64,000 nt of DNA. It comes from Octopus sinensis. Taxonomy: Eukaryota. Of the stretch, positions 1 through 12,003 are shown one piece after another. A program made the position numbers and the translations under genes. Numbering within the stretch: position 1 is the stretch's first letter; every line of letters begins with the position of its first letter. Where the stretch lies: NCBI RefSeq assembly GCF_006345805.1, contig NW_021833243.1, positions 15,449 through 79,448 of the forward strand. Reading direction: 5' to 3'. The notes under the pieces were generated by a model. It did no database searches. It was not told the DNA's origin and saw only the letters and a list, made by a program, of their open reading frames with translations.

Positions 1-216
1 GTGTTTTGACTCGTCTGCGTATTGAGAAGTTAGCTGCCTATTTTGTTGAGTGAGTTCGTTTTTTGTTCGTCGTTGTTTGTGTTTGCTCGTGAATTGTTGT
101 CCGTTGTGTGACAGTAATTTTCGCCCTACGGGGCTAAAAATTCTGTGTATAAACATTGTTATTACCTTCGGGGTAATTTTTTCTTTTTTGAAAAATTGGT
201 TCTCATAATTTGAGAA

Positions 217-1566
217 ATGGAGTTCGACTTGGCGTCGAGGAGCGACTTTCCTGTGATGGGAAAATGGAAACAGAAGGATATCGAGGTTAAAAAACAGTCT
301 TTTTCGGCCACAGTGGGCGGAACCATAACGGAAGTAGAATTTAAAATAGAACAGTTGTTCGAATACCGGAACTTGGTAAAAAAGGAAGGCAACGAAATTA
401 AACTGGTACCGCCGCAAGCGATATTACAGGAAATAAAGGTTAAGACAGTCGTATACAAGGTTTACAGTAACAAAGAGAAAAAAATAATGGACGTGAAGAA
501 CAAAATAGTAGAGAAGTGCTTGTCCCCGGTGTGGAGCAAAATTCGCTACGTCGGTCGAGGTGCCCGCAGCGCTACCGTTGAAGCACATTTCGACTCGGCT
601 GATGTGGCAATAGAGACTTCATCGATGACCTTAAAAAGTGAGGACATCATGTTACTACCTACATATATGGGAAAAAGAACTGCGAAACTATATGTGGAAG
701 ACATTCCAAGAGGATATGATATAATGTGGGTAGCAGCGGCGGTTCTGCACGACGTAGAGCAGAAAGTCTCAATTCTGCAGATGAAAAGGAAAGAGGAGGT
801 AAACTGGAAGGGACAAGTGCTCGAACTCCTCGTTCAAGCAGAAAATAAGGTGCTAGAAAACTTACCCGATAGGGTATTTATTGAGGAGGGAATTACAATG
901 AGAGTGTCAGTGGAGGGGCGCAGACCTAGGTGTTTCAAATGTGGTGAAAAGGGTCACGTCCGCTCGAACTGCATAAAAAAAAAGAGAAACAGCGAAGCCC
1001 CTCCTCAAAGTGCTTCAAACACAGAAAAAGAAAAGGCGAAAAAAGACCCCAAGACTGCGACAAGGAAGGGAATCGAAACGGAAGATAAAAATGAACAAAT
1101 GGAATTTACACAGGTGACACACAAAAGAAAAAAAGAAAATACCCTGGACTCCCCTCCCCAAACAAAGAAAAAATCAGCAAACACCGCAGAGATACATACA
1201 AAACAAATTCCCCAGCCCTACCCCCACGGTACTGTATTCATTGGAACACAGTTCGCCAAGCCCCTCCCTATAAAACAAGATTGGAAAAAATTGATTTAAA
1301 AAAATGAAAAGGTTGTAGCATTCGACGAGAAAAATGATAGAATGTTCAAGTATTTTAAATTCTCAAAACTGAAATTATTCAGTAAGTCTGCAGACACTAA
1401 GTCGACCACTCGTTTTGCAAAAATAAAGGAAGACGTGTGGAAGGATAAAACAATCCAAGAACATTTAAAAAATAACCTTATCAGAGACGTTACTAACGAA
1501 ATACTGGAGGGCAAACTTACTATAACCCTACACACCTACCCAGAGCCCGATGGCAACGCTGGTTAA
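217..1566 (+). pseudogene. LINE ORF1 (gag-like nucleic-acid chaperone), frameshifted near 1299
   Basis: CFKCGEKGHVRSNC zinc knuckle. Clear homology to the ORF1 fragment at 50766-51371 (PTYxGxR, WxxAAVL, EGRRPxCxxC). Coding-like sequence continues in another frame at 1342-1566. Confidence 0.85.
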
Positions 1567-1667
1567 GAGCCCTGCAGCTACGACCACAAGGGAGGAAGAT
1601 TTAAATGCAGATTTAAACTGTCATGCTCCCTGTCTCAACAGTAAGTTTTTTTTCTCTCTCTCCGACA

Positions 1668-4600
1668 ATGGCTAAGCTGGGTTGTGTGAATGTGCGTGGA
1701 ATGGGGTCGAAATAGAAACAAATTTGTCTCCTGGACGACCTCACGACACACAGAGTGGACGTAGCTATTGTAACCGAGTCCAAGATGAACGGGGCCCAAG
1801 CGTTCTCGCCTCTTCTAAATGGTTTCGAGAAATTTATTTCTCCTAGCCGAGGAGGAGGAAGGGGCGTGGCAGTCCTTATCAGGAAGAGCTTGGACTTGCA
1901 GGTAAGTACTGTCTTTCTGGACCCAGAAGGCAGGCTGGTCGTTCTGGATGTGACCCACGTAAGTAAACAGTCATTCAGGTTGGTAGCTGTCTACGCTCCG
2001 AATGAGAATAGGCAGTCGGGTTTTTTTCGGAATCTGGAGCACTTTTTAGTGACGTCGAAAACGGTAGTCTTAGTAGGGGACTTTAACACTGTCCTCGAAG
2101 CGCAGGTCGACAGTGTTGGCTCAACCAATAGGAAGGAGAACCCTAGCCTCAAGGGTCTACTAGAGAGCTTTAATCTAGTAGACCGTTATCGACTGGATGA
2201 GCCGAGCGTTCCACAGTGGACGTGGAGTAACAACGACGGCTCACGCAGATCGTATATAGATAGGATATTCGTTAGGAAAAGAGATAAGGATACGTTTAGT
2301 TGTCCACAGTTTCACATTGTACCTTACACGGATCACAAATTTGTGACTTGTAGGGTGCAATTAGATAAGTGTCATAGACAGGGATCCGGGTACTGGAAGC
2401 TGAACAAGTCTATTTTGAATTGTGAAGACTTCCGTACCCGGATTAAGGTGTTAGTACAGAGGGCATTATGTGGCACCATCATTAACAATAGATGGCGGCA
2501 CTCCCTCAAAAGAGCCATTCATTCAGAGTCCATTAGATTTAGCAATCAGCTAAGGTTAGATAGGTCTAGGATAGAGGACGATTTAGTTAAGAATCTAAAC
2601 GAGGCAATGGAATCTGGCTCTGCATCCGGAGTGATGGCGGCAAGGACGGTATTGTACCATCACCTTAACTCCAAACACGAAGGTTGCAGAGTTAGAGCTA
2701 AGCTACGCGCAGAGAAACGAGAAGGTATTAACGTTGCCGGATGGGCCCGTCGAGTGGAGAGTCAGAGAGGCAACAAAGCTTCAATCAAGTCTTTAACTGA
2801 CGAACAGGGACACAAGATCTATGGACAGGAGGAGATGCAAATGTTTCTTCACCAGCATTTCGCCCGCGCGTTCAGGGGTGGTGGTTCGCTGGAGCGGGGG
2901 TGGGCCTTAAAGGACTTCCTAGCCGGCGGACCGCGGCTCTCGGGGCGTGAGGTGGAGTGCTGTGAAGGAGCGATCACTCACGCGGAGATAGAGGGGCTAC
3001 TGGCCAGATGCGCCGGGGAGAAGTAGCCGAGGCTGGATGGTCTGCCCTACGAGTTTTACCAAAGTATGCCGGACTTGTTCGGGGGAATACTGGCAGGCGT
3101 CTACGCGAACTGGCAGCAGAACGGGAGAATTCCCAGTTCTGTAAGCCGGGGAGTGGTGACGCTAATCCAGAAAGACCCGAGCAAAGGAGATAACATTAGT
3201 AATTACAGGCCCATAACTCTACTTAATGTAGAGTTAAAGATTTTGGCCAAGGTGTTGGCAAAAAGGTTGACGACTGTCGTGGAGAAACTTGTAGGGAAAG
3301 CACAGACATGTGCAATTCCAGGCAGGTCGATCCAGGACAATCTTCACCTTATACGCTATACCTTAGATAGGGTGGGTAAATTAACCGGCAAGGGCGGGGT
3401 AATGGTCCATTTAGACCAAAGTAAAGCGTTCGATAGGGTAGACCATAAGTACCTGGCGACGGTCCTCGAAGCGGCTGGACTGGGCCCTGAATTTCTTGGG
3501 TGGATCTCCGCAATGTATAGCGGCATCAAGTCCACCGTCCAGATAAACGGTTACCTAACGGAACCGTTTTCGATCGAATGTTCAGTTCGTCAAGGGTGCC
3601 CCTTGTCACCACTTTTGTACGTGTTGGCTCTCGAGCCATTGCTGCGAAAGTTGGAGAGGCTGGGAAGTAACCCGGATGAGATCGGAGGCAGGAGGACGGT
3701 TTCTGCTTATGCAGATGACGTCACCCTCATCGTGTCCAATGAGGCTCAACTACCTTGTGTAGAAGATGCTATCAGAGGATACGAGGCGGTGGCAGGAGCA
3801 AAAGTTAACAAGGACAAGTCGATTGGCTTACGCCTCGGCACCTGGAGGAGCAAGTCGATATCGTCCGGTGCCGTGGGACACTGGACAGATGGTCCTGTTA
3901 AGTTGCTAGGAGTTTGGTTTGGGCCAGAGGTGGAGGCCATAGTACGGACCTGGTCCGGAAGGTTTCTGTCCTTGAAAGGAAGGGCGGAGGTGGTACAGAT
4001 GTTTATTGCATCTGTAATCACTTACCGCCTGACCGTTGTCCCTTGCCCCGATTCATGGCTTAGCAAGTTGGAGCGAATCCTTTTCCGCTTTTTGTGGAAG
4101 GAAGGAAAGCCACTTGTGAGGCTCTCCGTTTGCTGCCAGGAACCGTTAAAGGGTGGGTTAGGAATGCCTTGGTTGATGATGCGCAGACATGCGCTGAGGC
4201 TGAAGCATCTCTGGCACCACCTGGAGGGTGATAAGGTGTGGAGTCCGCTGGCAGGGGAATTTTTCCCGAGACCGGCTTCCTTAGTGAATTTAAAAACCGG
4301 TTACATCAAAAGACGGAATCTGACTTTATGGCAAAAGGAGTGTCGACAGGCACTCACGCTGATCCACAAGGCGGGCAAGGCGGCTGCGGAAATACCACCT
4401 CGGTATTTTATAGCAGCTGGTAGAGGCAAAGAACGACGACGTCCTAGGAGGGGCTCTGGGGTTCGACGAAGACCAGCTTACCAACCTGTTTAAAAAGACT
4501 TTCAGGACGGGGTATTTGGATAATTTCCAAAGATCCCTGGCCTGGCAGTGTTATAGGAATGCTTTACCTGTTCGCGAGAAGTTATCGCGGCACGGAATTT

Positions 4601-5016
4601 CAGTGCCACCGACATGTCCAAGATGCGGGTTGGACGATGAAACCGTCCAGCACGCTTGTGTACACTGTCGGCAGTTGTCAGACTTGATAAGTTACGCAGA
4701 ACACGTGTTATCGCATCTGGGACGAGTACAGCTGTCGGCTGAGTCTATGATTAAGATGATACCGCCAACTGGACTCTAGAAGGAAGGTGAGGCATGTTTT
4801 CACTGCACGGTTGCAGTAGTAAAAGAATGCATGTGGCGTACAAGAATGGAAGGAGTCGCAATAGGATCCTTTGTCTCAGGCCCCGGCTTGCTCACTTACT
4901 TCAGATATCATCTGAAGAGCAAAATGGGGCTGGAAAAGAAGACCTTACCACGAGGTGTGTATGAAAAAAGATGGAAGGAAGTGGCGAAAAAGGTGGGTGT
5001 CAGAAACCCAGTTTAA
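1668..5016 (+). pseudogene. LINE ORF2 (APE endonuclease, reverse transcriptase, zf-RVT), disrupted
   Basis: Starts MAKLGCVNVRG at ATG 1668. Motifs GDFN, SYIDRIF, TDHK, YRPITLLN, LDQSKAFDRV, QGCPLSP, YADD and CPRC...H...HC. In-frame stops at 1713-1715, 3024-3026 and 4777-4779, and a frameshift before 4516. Confidence 0.93.
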
Positions 5017-5271
5017 CTATGGATGGAGAAGAGGAAAGGAAAGCTGCGGGGCCTTATAGGTTGCCGGGGTTTAAAATATATCGGTAAGATTTCAATCTAA
5101 TGTAATGTTATATTAGTCAATGCAAAGGACAATTTAAATACAGTTTTTTGTATAATGAATAATCCATATATTTTGGAAATTTTTAAACGGACCACTTAAC
5201 TGTTTTTTGTATGTATGTCCTGTATTGTTCTTCTATGTACTGATTTTATAATCATAATAAAGAATTACTCA

Positions 5272-5352
5272 TCGAAAACCGGTGATTAGCGCATGTTGAC
5301 AAGAGACAATAATCTCGAAACTGCAGTCCATGCGTATCACTTAGGTTTTCGA
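5272..5352 (+). ncRNA. Type I hammerhead ribozyme with U3:A8 core variant and extended stem I
   Basis: GCGCATG-TTGACAA-GAGA caataa TCTC-GAAAC-tgca-GTC-CATGCGT. Stem I continues as GGTGAT/ATCACT and TCGAAAACC/GGTTTTCGA. Predicted cleavage after C5328. Confidence 0.8.
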
Positions 5353-5494
5353 GAGGGGATGACCTCCCCTTGCGAATATCATAAGGGCATAGGAATTGGT
5401 CTAAAGCCAGCTGGAGACGATGATCTCCTGGGGCTAAAAAGCTACGTAACACCCACCCCTAGTGGTTAGCCATATTGAGACGGCTAGTATACTT

Positions 5495-5525
<31 letters not shown>

Positions 5526-5728
5526 TATGTATATAGTATATGTATATATATTATTGTATTATATATGTATATATTATATGTATATATATATATGTATATA
5601 TATATGTATATATATATGTATATATATTGTATATATATATGTATATTATATATATGTTATATATATGTATATATATATATGTATATATATATATGTATAT
5701 TATATTATATGTATATATATATATGATA

Positions 5729-5767
<39 letters not shown>

Positions 5768-5769
5768 TT

Positions 5770-6060
5770 TTAATCCAAACGGGAACAAAAAAAACAACAA
5801 CAATGGAACAATTACAGTATTATTATTAATAGGCGCTCAGGAAAAGGAAGCAGGGAGGTATGACGTTTCGAGCGGAGCTCTTCGTCGGAAACATAAAGAA
5901 GGGAGAGAGAGGAAAGAAAGATCCCAGAGCGGGCAACAGGGAAGAGAAAAAAGACGACTGGTGTTTACGAGTTGCACATGGTGAAAGGCGGATGTTTACG
6001 AAAACAGAGCAAAGTGGGTTTTAAAGGCAAAAGAGTGGAGACAAGGTTGGTAACGCAACA
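5770..6060 (-). mobile_element. PLE terminal-repeat (pLTR) remnant carrying a minimal HHR-like motif at 5862-5888
   Basis: Minus strand reads CCGACGA-A-GAGC tcc GCTC-GAAAC-GTC: perfect stem II and palindromic ACGT stem III, but U4 is C and stem I is weak. Same orientation as the PLE ORF at 8745-11059. Confidence 0.55.
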
Positions 6061-8700
6061 GATGTGTGTGTATGTGTGAGTGTGTGCGTGTGCGTGTGTG
6101 TATGTGTGTGTGAGGCGAGATGAAAAAACAAAAAGATATATATGTGTGTGTTAGTGTGTGCGTCTGTGTGTAGGCGTGTGAGGTAGGGCGAGATAGTGGT
6201 CAGCTTAGCAGACAAAGGTCAGTAGTAAGAAAAAGAAGGAAGGAGGAAGGGAGGGAGGGGAAGGGGTGGGGCGTATGTAGCGTGCCAGCGTTTGTTGAGT
6301 AGTAGTGTGTGTGTGTGTCCAGTGTCGTGGTGGTATAAATGGCGAGTAGATTGAATGTGTGTAAGAGTAATGTATATATTTAAGCAATGTGTGTATATGT
6401 GTGCGCGTGTGTGTAACGAAAAAGGGGGGGTTGGTTAAGGAAAAAGGACTCCAGCTGAGGGGAAGATGGAAGAGTGGTCCCGCGGAGGCGGGCGTGGGAA
6501 ACCCAACGACACGCGACGGTCCCAGGAACGGGCGGGAGGTCTTGTCGGTTCCAAGAGCGAGGTGCCTGCGGAGCGTATGCGTACGCGAACCGGCGCGCAA
6601 GCGAGTGCGTGCGCGAGCCTGCGAGTATGTGCGTAAGTATGTATGTGTGGTGGATGTGTGAGTGTGTCTGTGTGTATGTCCGGGTGGCAGTGTGTCCGAT
6701 GAATGTATGTGAGTATGTGTGTATGTATGTGTGTGCATAGATGTATGTCCGTGTGTGTGTGTGTGTGTATGTGTGTGAGTGTGTATGTATGTATGTAGTG
6801 TGGGTGTGGGGAAGTGTGTGTATGTGCATGTGTGTGCGCGTACATACAGGTGTGTGAGTGAGTGTGTGGTGTGTATGTATGTGTGAGTGTGTATGTATGT
6901 GTGTGTAGGATGCATGTATGTGTATGGGTGTATGTATGTGTGTGTATGTATGTATGTGTACGTGCGTGTGTGTGTGTGTATGCGCGTAGGTGTGCGGTGT
7001 GCATGCGCATGCATGCATGGCGTATGTGTGTGTGTGTGCATGTGTGGGTATATATGTATGTGCGTATATGTGTGTGTGGTGCGTACATGTGGTGTGTGTA
7101 TGCATGTGTGTGTATGTAGGTGTGTGGGCGTGTGTGTATAGGTGTATGTATGTAAGTATGTATGGGTGTGTCGTGTATGTGTGTGTATGTATGTGTGTGT
7201 ATGTAGGTGTGTGGGCGTGTGTATATGGGTGTGTGTAGTGTGTGGGCGTGTGTGTATAGGTGTATGTGTGTATGTCTGGGTGTGTCCGTGCATGTTTGTG
7301 TGTGTGTGTGTATGCATGTGTATGTAGGTGTGTGTGTACGTGTGTAATGTATGTGTGTATGCGTGCGTGTGTGTATGTAGGTGCGTGTGTATGTGTGTGG
7401 GAGTGTAGGTGTGTGTGTGCGTGTGCGTGTGCGTGTTTATCTTGGTGTGTGCGTATGTGAGTGTGAGTGTATGGGTGTTTGTCATGCATGTGTGTGCGCG
7501 TGCAGGTGAGTGTGTGTGTAAGTATGTGTGTGTGTATGTTTGTGTGAGTGTGTATTTGTGTATGTCTGTGTGTATGTATGTGCGTATAGGAGTATGTGGG
7601 TATGTGTGTGTGTATGTATATGGGTGTATGTATGTATGTGTGTGTGTGTGTGCATGTGTATAAGTATATGTGTGTGTGCGTATGTGTGTATATGTGTATG
7701 TGTGTGTGTTTATGTATGTGTGTATGTATGTGTGTAGGCGTGTGTGTGTAGATGTATGTATGTGTGTGTGTCCGTGTGTGTTTGTGTGTGTTGTGGTGTA
7801 GGTAGATGTGGTGTGGTGTGAGAGTGAGGGTATGGCTGTGTAGGTGTGTGTGTGTGTGGTGTATGTGTACGTGTGCGTGTGTATGTGTGTGTGTGTATGC
7901 GTGTGGTGTGAGTGTATGGGTGTATGTCTGTGTGTGTGTATTCTGAAGTAGGTATGTATGTGTATGTATGTATGTGTGTGTGTGTGTGCAGGTATGTGTG
8001 TGTATGTGTGTGTGTGAGTAGGTGTGCGTGTATGTATGTGGGTAGGGACGCATGCGAGTGTGTGTGGGTATGTATGCATACATACGCACGCGCACATCCG
8101 AAGCAAGCCCACACACACGAAGCGCGCCCACGCACACAACGCACAAGCAGTACAACGCAAGCCAAGGGGCCGACCAAGCCCCCAGCGCGCGCCAAGGCGC
8201 GCGAGCGCAAAGGCCCTCGAACGCCCCGCTACGCGGGAACCGAGGATCCATCAGCCAAAAACGGAAAGCAGAAAAGAGGGGGGGCTGCCTGGATGCGAAA
8301 AGGTGTATGTGTGTGTGCATTCAGTGTAAGGGTGTGCATGTGTAGGTATGTATGTATGTATGTGCCTACATGTATGTTTGGTGTGTGTGTGAAGTATGTA
8401 CGTGCGGTGTGTGTGTGTGAGTGTGTGGTATGTATGTGCGTATGTATGTGTGTGTGTATGTGTGTATGTATGTCTGTGTGTGTGTGTGTGTGTGTAAGTA
8501 TGTATGTGTGTGCGTATGTATGTATGTGTGTATGTGCATGTTGGTTTGTATGTTAGTGTGTGTTAGTATGTCTGTAAGTGTGTGTGATTAATGTGTGAAT
8601 GTATGTACGTAGATGGGTCTACGTATGTGTGTGTGTGAACAGGCGTGTGGGAGGTAGGTGGGTGGGTGGGGTGTGGGAGGTAGGTGGGTGGGTGTGTGTG
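6060..8700. repeat. About 2.6 kb degenerate (GT)n/(GTAT)n low-complexity array with two GC-rich islands (6400-6620, 8090-8310)
   Basis: Direct reading. The long His/Thr/Tyr and Cys/Val/Met ORFs here are repeat translations. Confidence 0.92.
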
Positions 8701-8744
8701 AGTGGTGTGTCCACAAAAAAAAAAAAAAAAAAAAAAAAACGATC

Positions 8745-11059
8745 TCAAGAGGAGGGGGCTGTGTTAAGTCCGTGTGGGGTGGTAGTTTGTAGGGTGAAGA
8801 TGTAGCGTTGCTCCAAGTGGAGCCTGGAAAGTGGGCGACCATGGTGGGGGGCGAGACCAAACACTGAGATGTCATCTAGGGAATGGCCGGCCGAGCGGAA
8901 GTGGCGTGCGACGGGAGAAAGAGAGTGTAGGCGAACGTCCCTCAAGTGTTCAGTGAAACGGTCGGACAACCGGCGTCCCGTCTGTCCTACATACAGCATT
9001 CCGCATAGGTTGCATTTAATGCAGTAAATAAGGCCAGACGAGGTGCACGTAAAAGAGTGCCTAATGCGTACAGTGTGCAGGTTGGAGCCGGTGACAGCGT
9101 GGTGTTGGTGATGAAGGGGCAAGTGTTGCAACGGGATCTAGAGCAAGGGAATGATCGTGTGGGGCTCTGGGGGAAGGAGAGAGGGTGCTGTGGACCAGGA
9201 GGTCACGCAGATTGCGGGCTCGTTTGAAAGAGGACAGGGGTAGGTTAGGGAAAATGGGGGGGTGGTGGGATCAAGCTGGAGGCGACGGAAGGCACGTAGT
9301 ATCTTGCGACGAAGGGGGGGTAGGGTAGAGGGGTGGAAAAGGAGGGGGAGGGGGTGGGGTGGGGGGTGGGCGGGGGGAAGGAGACAGGCGGTAGTGCGGT
9401 CGATGCGACGGGCGCGGGTGAGGGCATCAGAGAGGAGTATGGGTGGGTAACCTCGGAGTCTGAACATGCGGGCCAGGTATTGAGATTGGGTCTCGAAATC
9501 CTGGTCGCGGCTGCACAAAACGTCGGAGGCGGAGGAACTGGGAGTAGGGGATGGCTCGTTTGGTGTGTGGAGGGGGGGAGGAAGAGAAGTTGAGATAGAG
9601 GTGGGAATCCGTAGGTTTAAAAAAGGCGGTGCTGGTGAGAGAGCTGGAGGGGTGATCGATGCGGAGAGAGATGTCAAGGAAGTTTGACAGAGGTGTGGGA
9701 GATGGGGAGGTGAATTGAAGAGAGGGGTGAAAGTTGGAAAGGAAAGAGATGAATTGGCAGAGAAGTTCGCGGGAAAGGGAGGTGGCACCTACGCAGTCGT
9801 CGATATAGCGACCGTATAGTGTTTCGGGGGTCGGCCCAGAGAACTGGGAGAACACTTGGGCCTCAATGTAGCCAAGAAAGAGATTGGCGAAATTGGGGCC
9901 CATCCTAGTTCCCATCGCGACCCCGGACACCTGTTGGTACGTTTCCCCGGCGAACGTGAAGCAATTGAGGGTGAGGACGAGCTCAGCCAACCGAAGAAGG
10001 GTGGGGGTGTGGGGGTGGGGGTGGGGTCGGGACGACGGTCGAGGAAGTGTTGGAGGGCTAGGAGACCGTCATTGTGGGGAATCACTGTGTACAGGGATTT
10101 TACATCTAAAGTGAAGAGGGTGAGGTGTGAGGGGCTGGAAGGAAGGAAAAGGAATTGAAGAGACGGAGGGCGTGGTTGGTGTCGTGTATGTGGGATGGGA
10201 GGGCTGCGACTAAGGGGGACATGATGCGGTCGAGGTATAGGGAGATGAGTTCAGTGGGGCAATTACAGGCAGAGACTATGGGACGGCCAGGATTAGAGGG
10301 TTTTATGGATCTTGGGAAGGAAGTAGATGGTGGAGGTGCGGGGTGTGCGGACGATTGGGTGGTGTGAGGTGAGAGAGGGGGAGCGGAGGAGGAGATGAGG
10401 TCGTGGATGGTGGGGGACACTCGCTGTTGGTAGTAGGAGGAGTGGGTGGGATCGGAGGGGGAGGAGGCGATAGAAGAGTGGATTTTGAAGCTGGTTGAGC
10501 GCTTCCTCCCTGTGTAGGTCCGCGCGCCACACTACCACTGCCCCGCCTTGTCCGCCGGTTTGATGACAATGTCATCACGACGGCGGAGGTGGCGAAGGGC
10601 AATGGATTCGGCCCGAGTGAGGTTGGCTCGGCGGGGTCTTGGTGCAAAGTTGAAACGGTGGACCAAAGCGTTGCAGTCATGTACAAACGAATCTAGGCTA
10701 CTGAAAAGGCTGGGGGCGGCGTCCAGATGGATGGACGACGCCCCAGCTCCAAAAGGCAATCCTGATTGTTGTGACGCTGCGGGGACGCGTGGTAGTATGC
10801 GCGAAGTTGAGGCGGCGCAGGAACAGGTTGACGTCCGCCCGAGTCTCGAACTCATCACAGTGGCGCGTGAGTGGCGTGAAGCGGAGACCCTTACTGAGGA
10901 GGGAACGCTCAGCGGCGGAGAGGGGGAGGTGGGGGGTATAGTGACAACAGCGCGAGGAAGCGGGGTGGTGGGAGGACTAGGGGCAGGCGGAGGGGGTGCC
11001 GGGGTGTGAAGGGGAGGGTAGGGGTTTTGGGAAAGATGGGTTAGGCGTAGGAAGGTCAC
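8745..11059 (-). mobile_element. Penelope-like element (Poseidon-like), RT plus GIY-YIG endonuclease, multiply frameshifted
   Basis: RT motifs PGRPIVSACNCPTE, YQQVSGVAMGTRMGPNFANLF and YGRYIDD. GIY-YIG LIYCIKC..C..LYVGQTGRRLSDRFTEH...EQRYIFTLQT..PHGLN at 8745-9131. Confidence 0.93.
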
Positions 11060-11297
11060 GATATATATATGTATATATATGTATATATATATATATAGGT
11101 ATATATAGTATATATATATGTATATATATGTATATATATATGTATATATATGTATATATATATATGTATATATAATATATATGATATATATATATTATAT
11201 ATGTAATATATATATATATATATATATATTATATAATATATATATATATATATATTATAATAATATGACATATATATATAATATACATATATATTTT

Positions 11298-11627
11298 AGC
11301 GGAGGGGTCTAGTCGATTAGATCGACCCCAGTACGCAACAGTTACTTAATTTATCGACTCCAAAAAGATTAAAGGCAAATGGACCTCGGCGGAATTTGAA
11401 CGTAGACAAGCGAATTCTACTCTAAGTACGAGGCTTGAAATTTTTGGGGAGGGTGGGCAGTCGATTTGATCGACCCCAGTACGCAACTGGTACTTAATTT
11501 ATCGACCCTAAAAAGATGAAAGGCAAAGTCGATCTCGGGGGAATTTGAACTCAGGACGTGAAGGCAGATGAAATACCGCTAATCATTTTGCCTGGCGTCC
11601 TAACACTGCTGCCAGCTCACCGCCTTA
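11298..11627 (-). mobile_element. Two partial tandem copies of tRNA-derived SINE family A (resembles octopus OK-type SINE)
   Basis: Reverse complement of GTTCAAATTCCGCCGAGGTCGACTTTGCCTTTCATC..GGGGTCGATAAATTAAGTACCAG, with a B-box-like GTTCAAATTC. Confidence 0.8.
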
Positions 11628-11644
11628 TACATAAATAAATAATA

Positions 11645-11890
11645 AATGCGCCCTGTTAAAGCCTAGCCAGGCTCATGGGTCCGGTTTCCTGGTTTCTATG
11701 TCGTATGTGTTCCTCAGCTGGACGGGACGCCAGTCCATCGCAGCATTACTCATTTTTGCCAGCTGAGTGGACTGGAGCAACGTGAAATGGAGTGTCTTGC
11801 TCAAGAACACAACGCGTCGCCAGGAATCGAAACCACAATCTTACGATCATGATGCTGACACCCTAACCACTAAGCCTCGCGCCTCCACCT
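11645..11890 (-). mobile_element. tRNA-derived SINE family B (CORE-like central domain; resembles octopus OR-type)
   Basis: A box GGCTTAGTGGTTAG, B box GGTTTCGATTCC, central GTGTTCTTGAGCAAGACACT..CACGTTGCTCCAGTCCACTCAGCTGGCAAAAATGAGT. Confidence 0.8.
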
Positions 11891-11943
11891 TATACATGCA
11901 TATATATTATATATTGTAGGACAGCAGCCAAGTGCAGCAGAGA

Positions 11944-12003
<60 letters not shown>

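Larger units (their letters stand above)
1..5264 (+). mobile_element. Tx1/L1-clade non-LTR retrotransposon, near full length, inactivated; 5' end may lie outside the window
   Basis: ORF1 with CCHC knuckle, then ORF2 with APE endonuclease, RT and C-terminal zinc finger. AT-rich 3' UTR ends in AATAAAGAATT (about 5256-5266). Confidence 0.92.

Noticed and set aside
131-5441. 11-nt direct match GGGGCTAAAAA near both ends of the Tx1 region, as a target-site duplication or LTR
   Set aside because: Not at element boundaries, and a match of this length is expected by chance in 5.5 kb.
8205-8255. CTGATGG followed by a nested hairpin on minus, as a possible HHR
   Set aside because: No GAAA core and no stem I or III; at most a heavily corrupted relic.
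6205-8556. Long ORFs of 200-650 aa rich in His/Thr/Tyr or Cys/Val/Met
   Set aside because: Translations of (CA/GT)n-type repeats, open in several frames on both strands, with no domain motifs.
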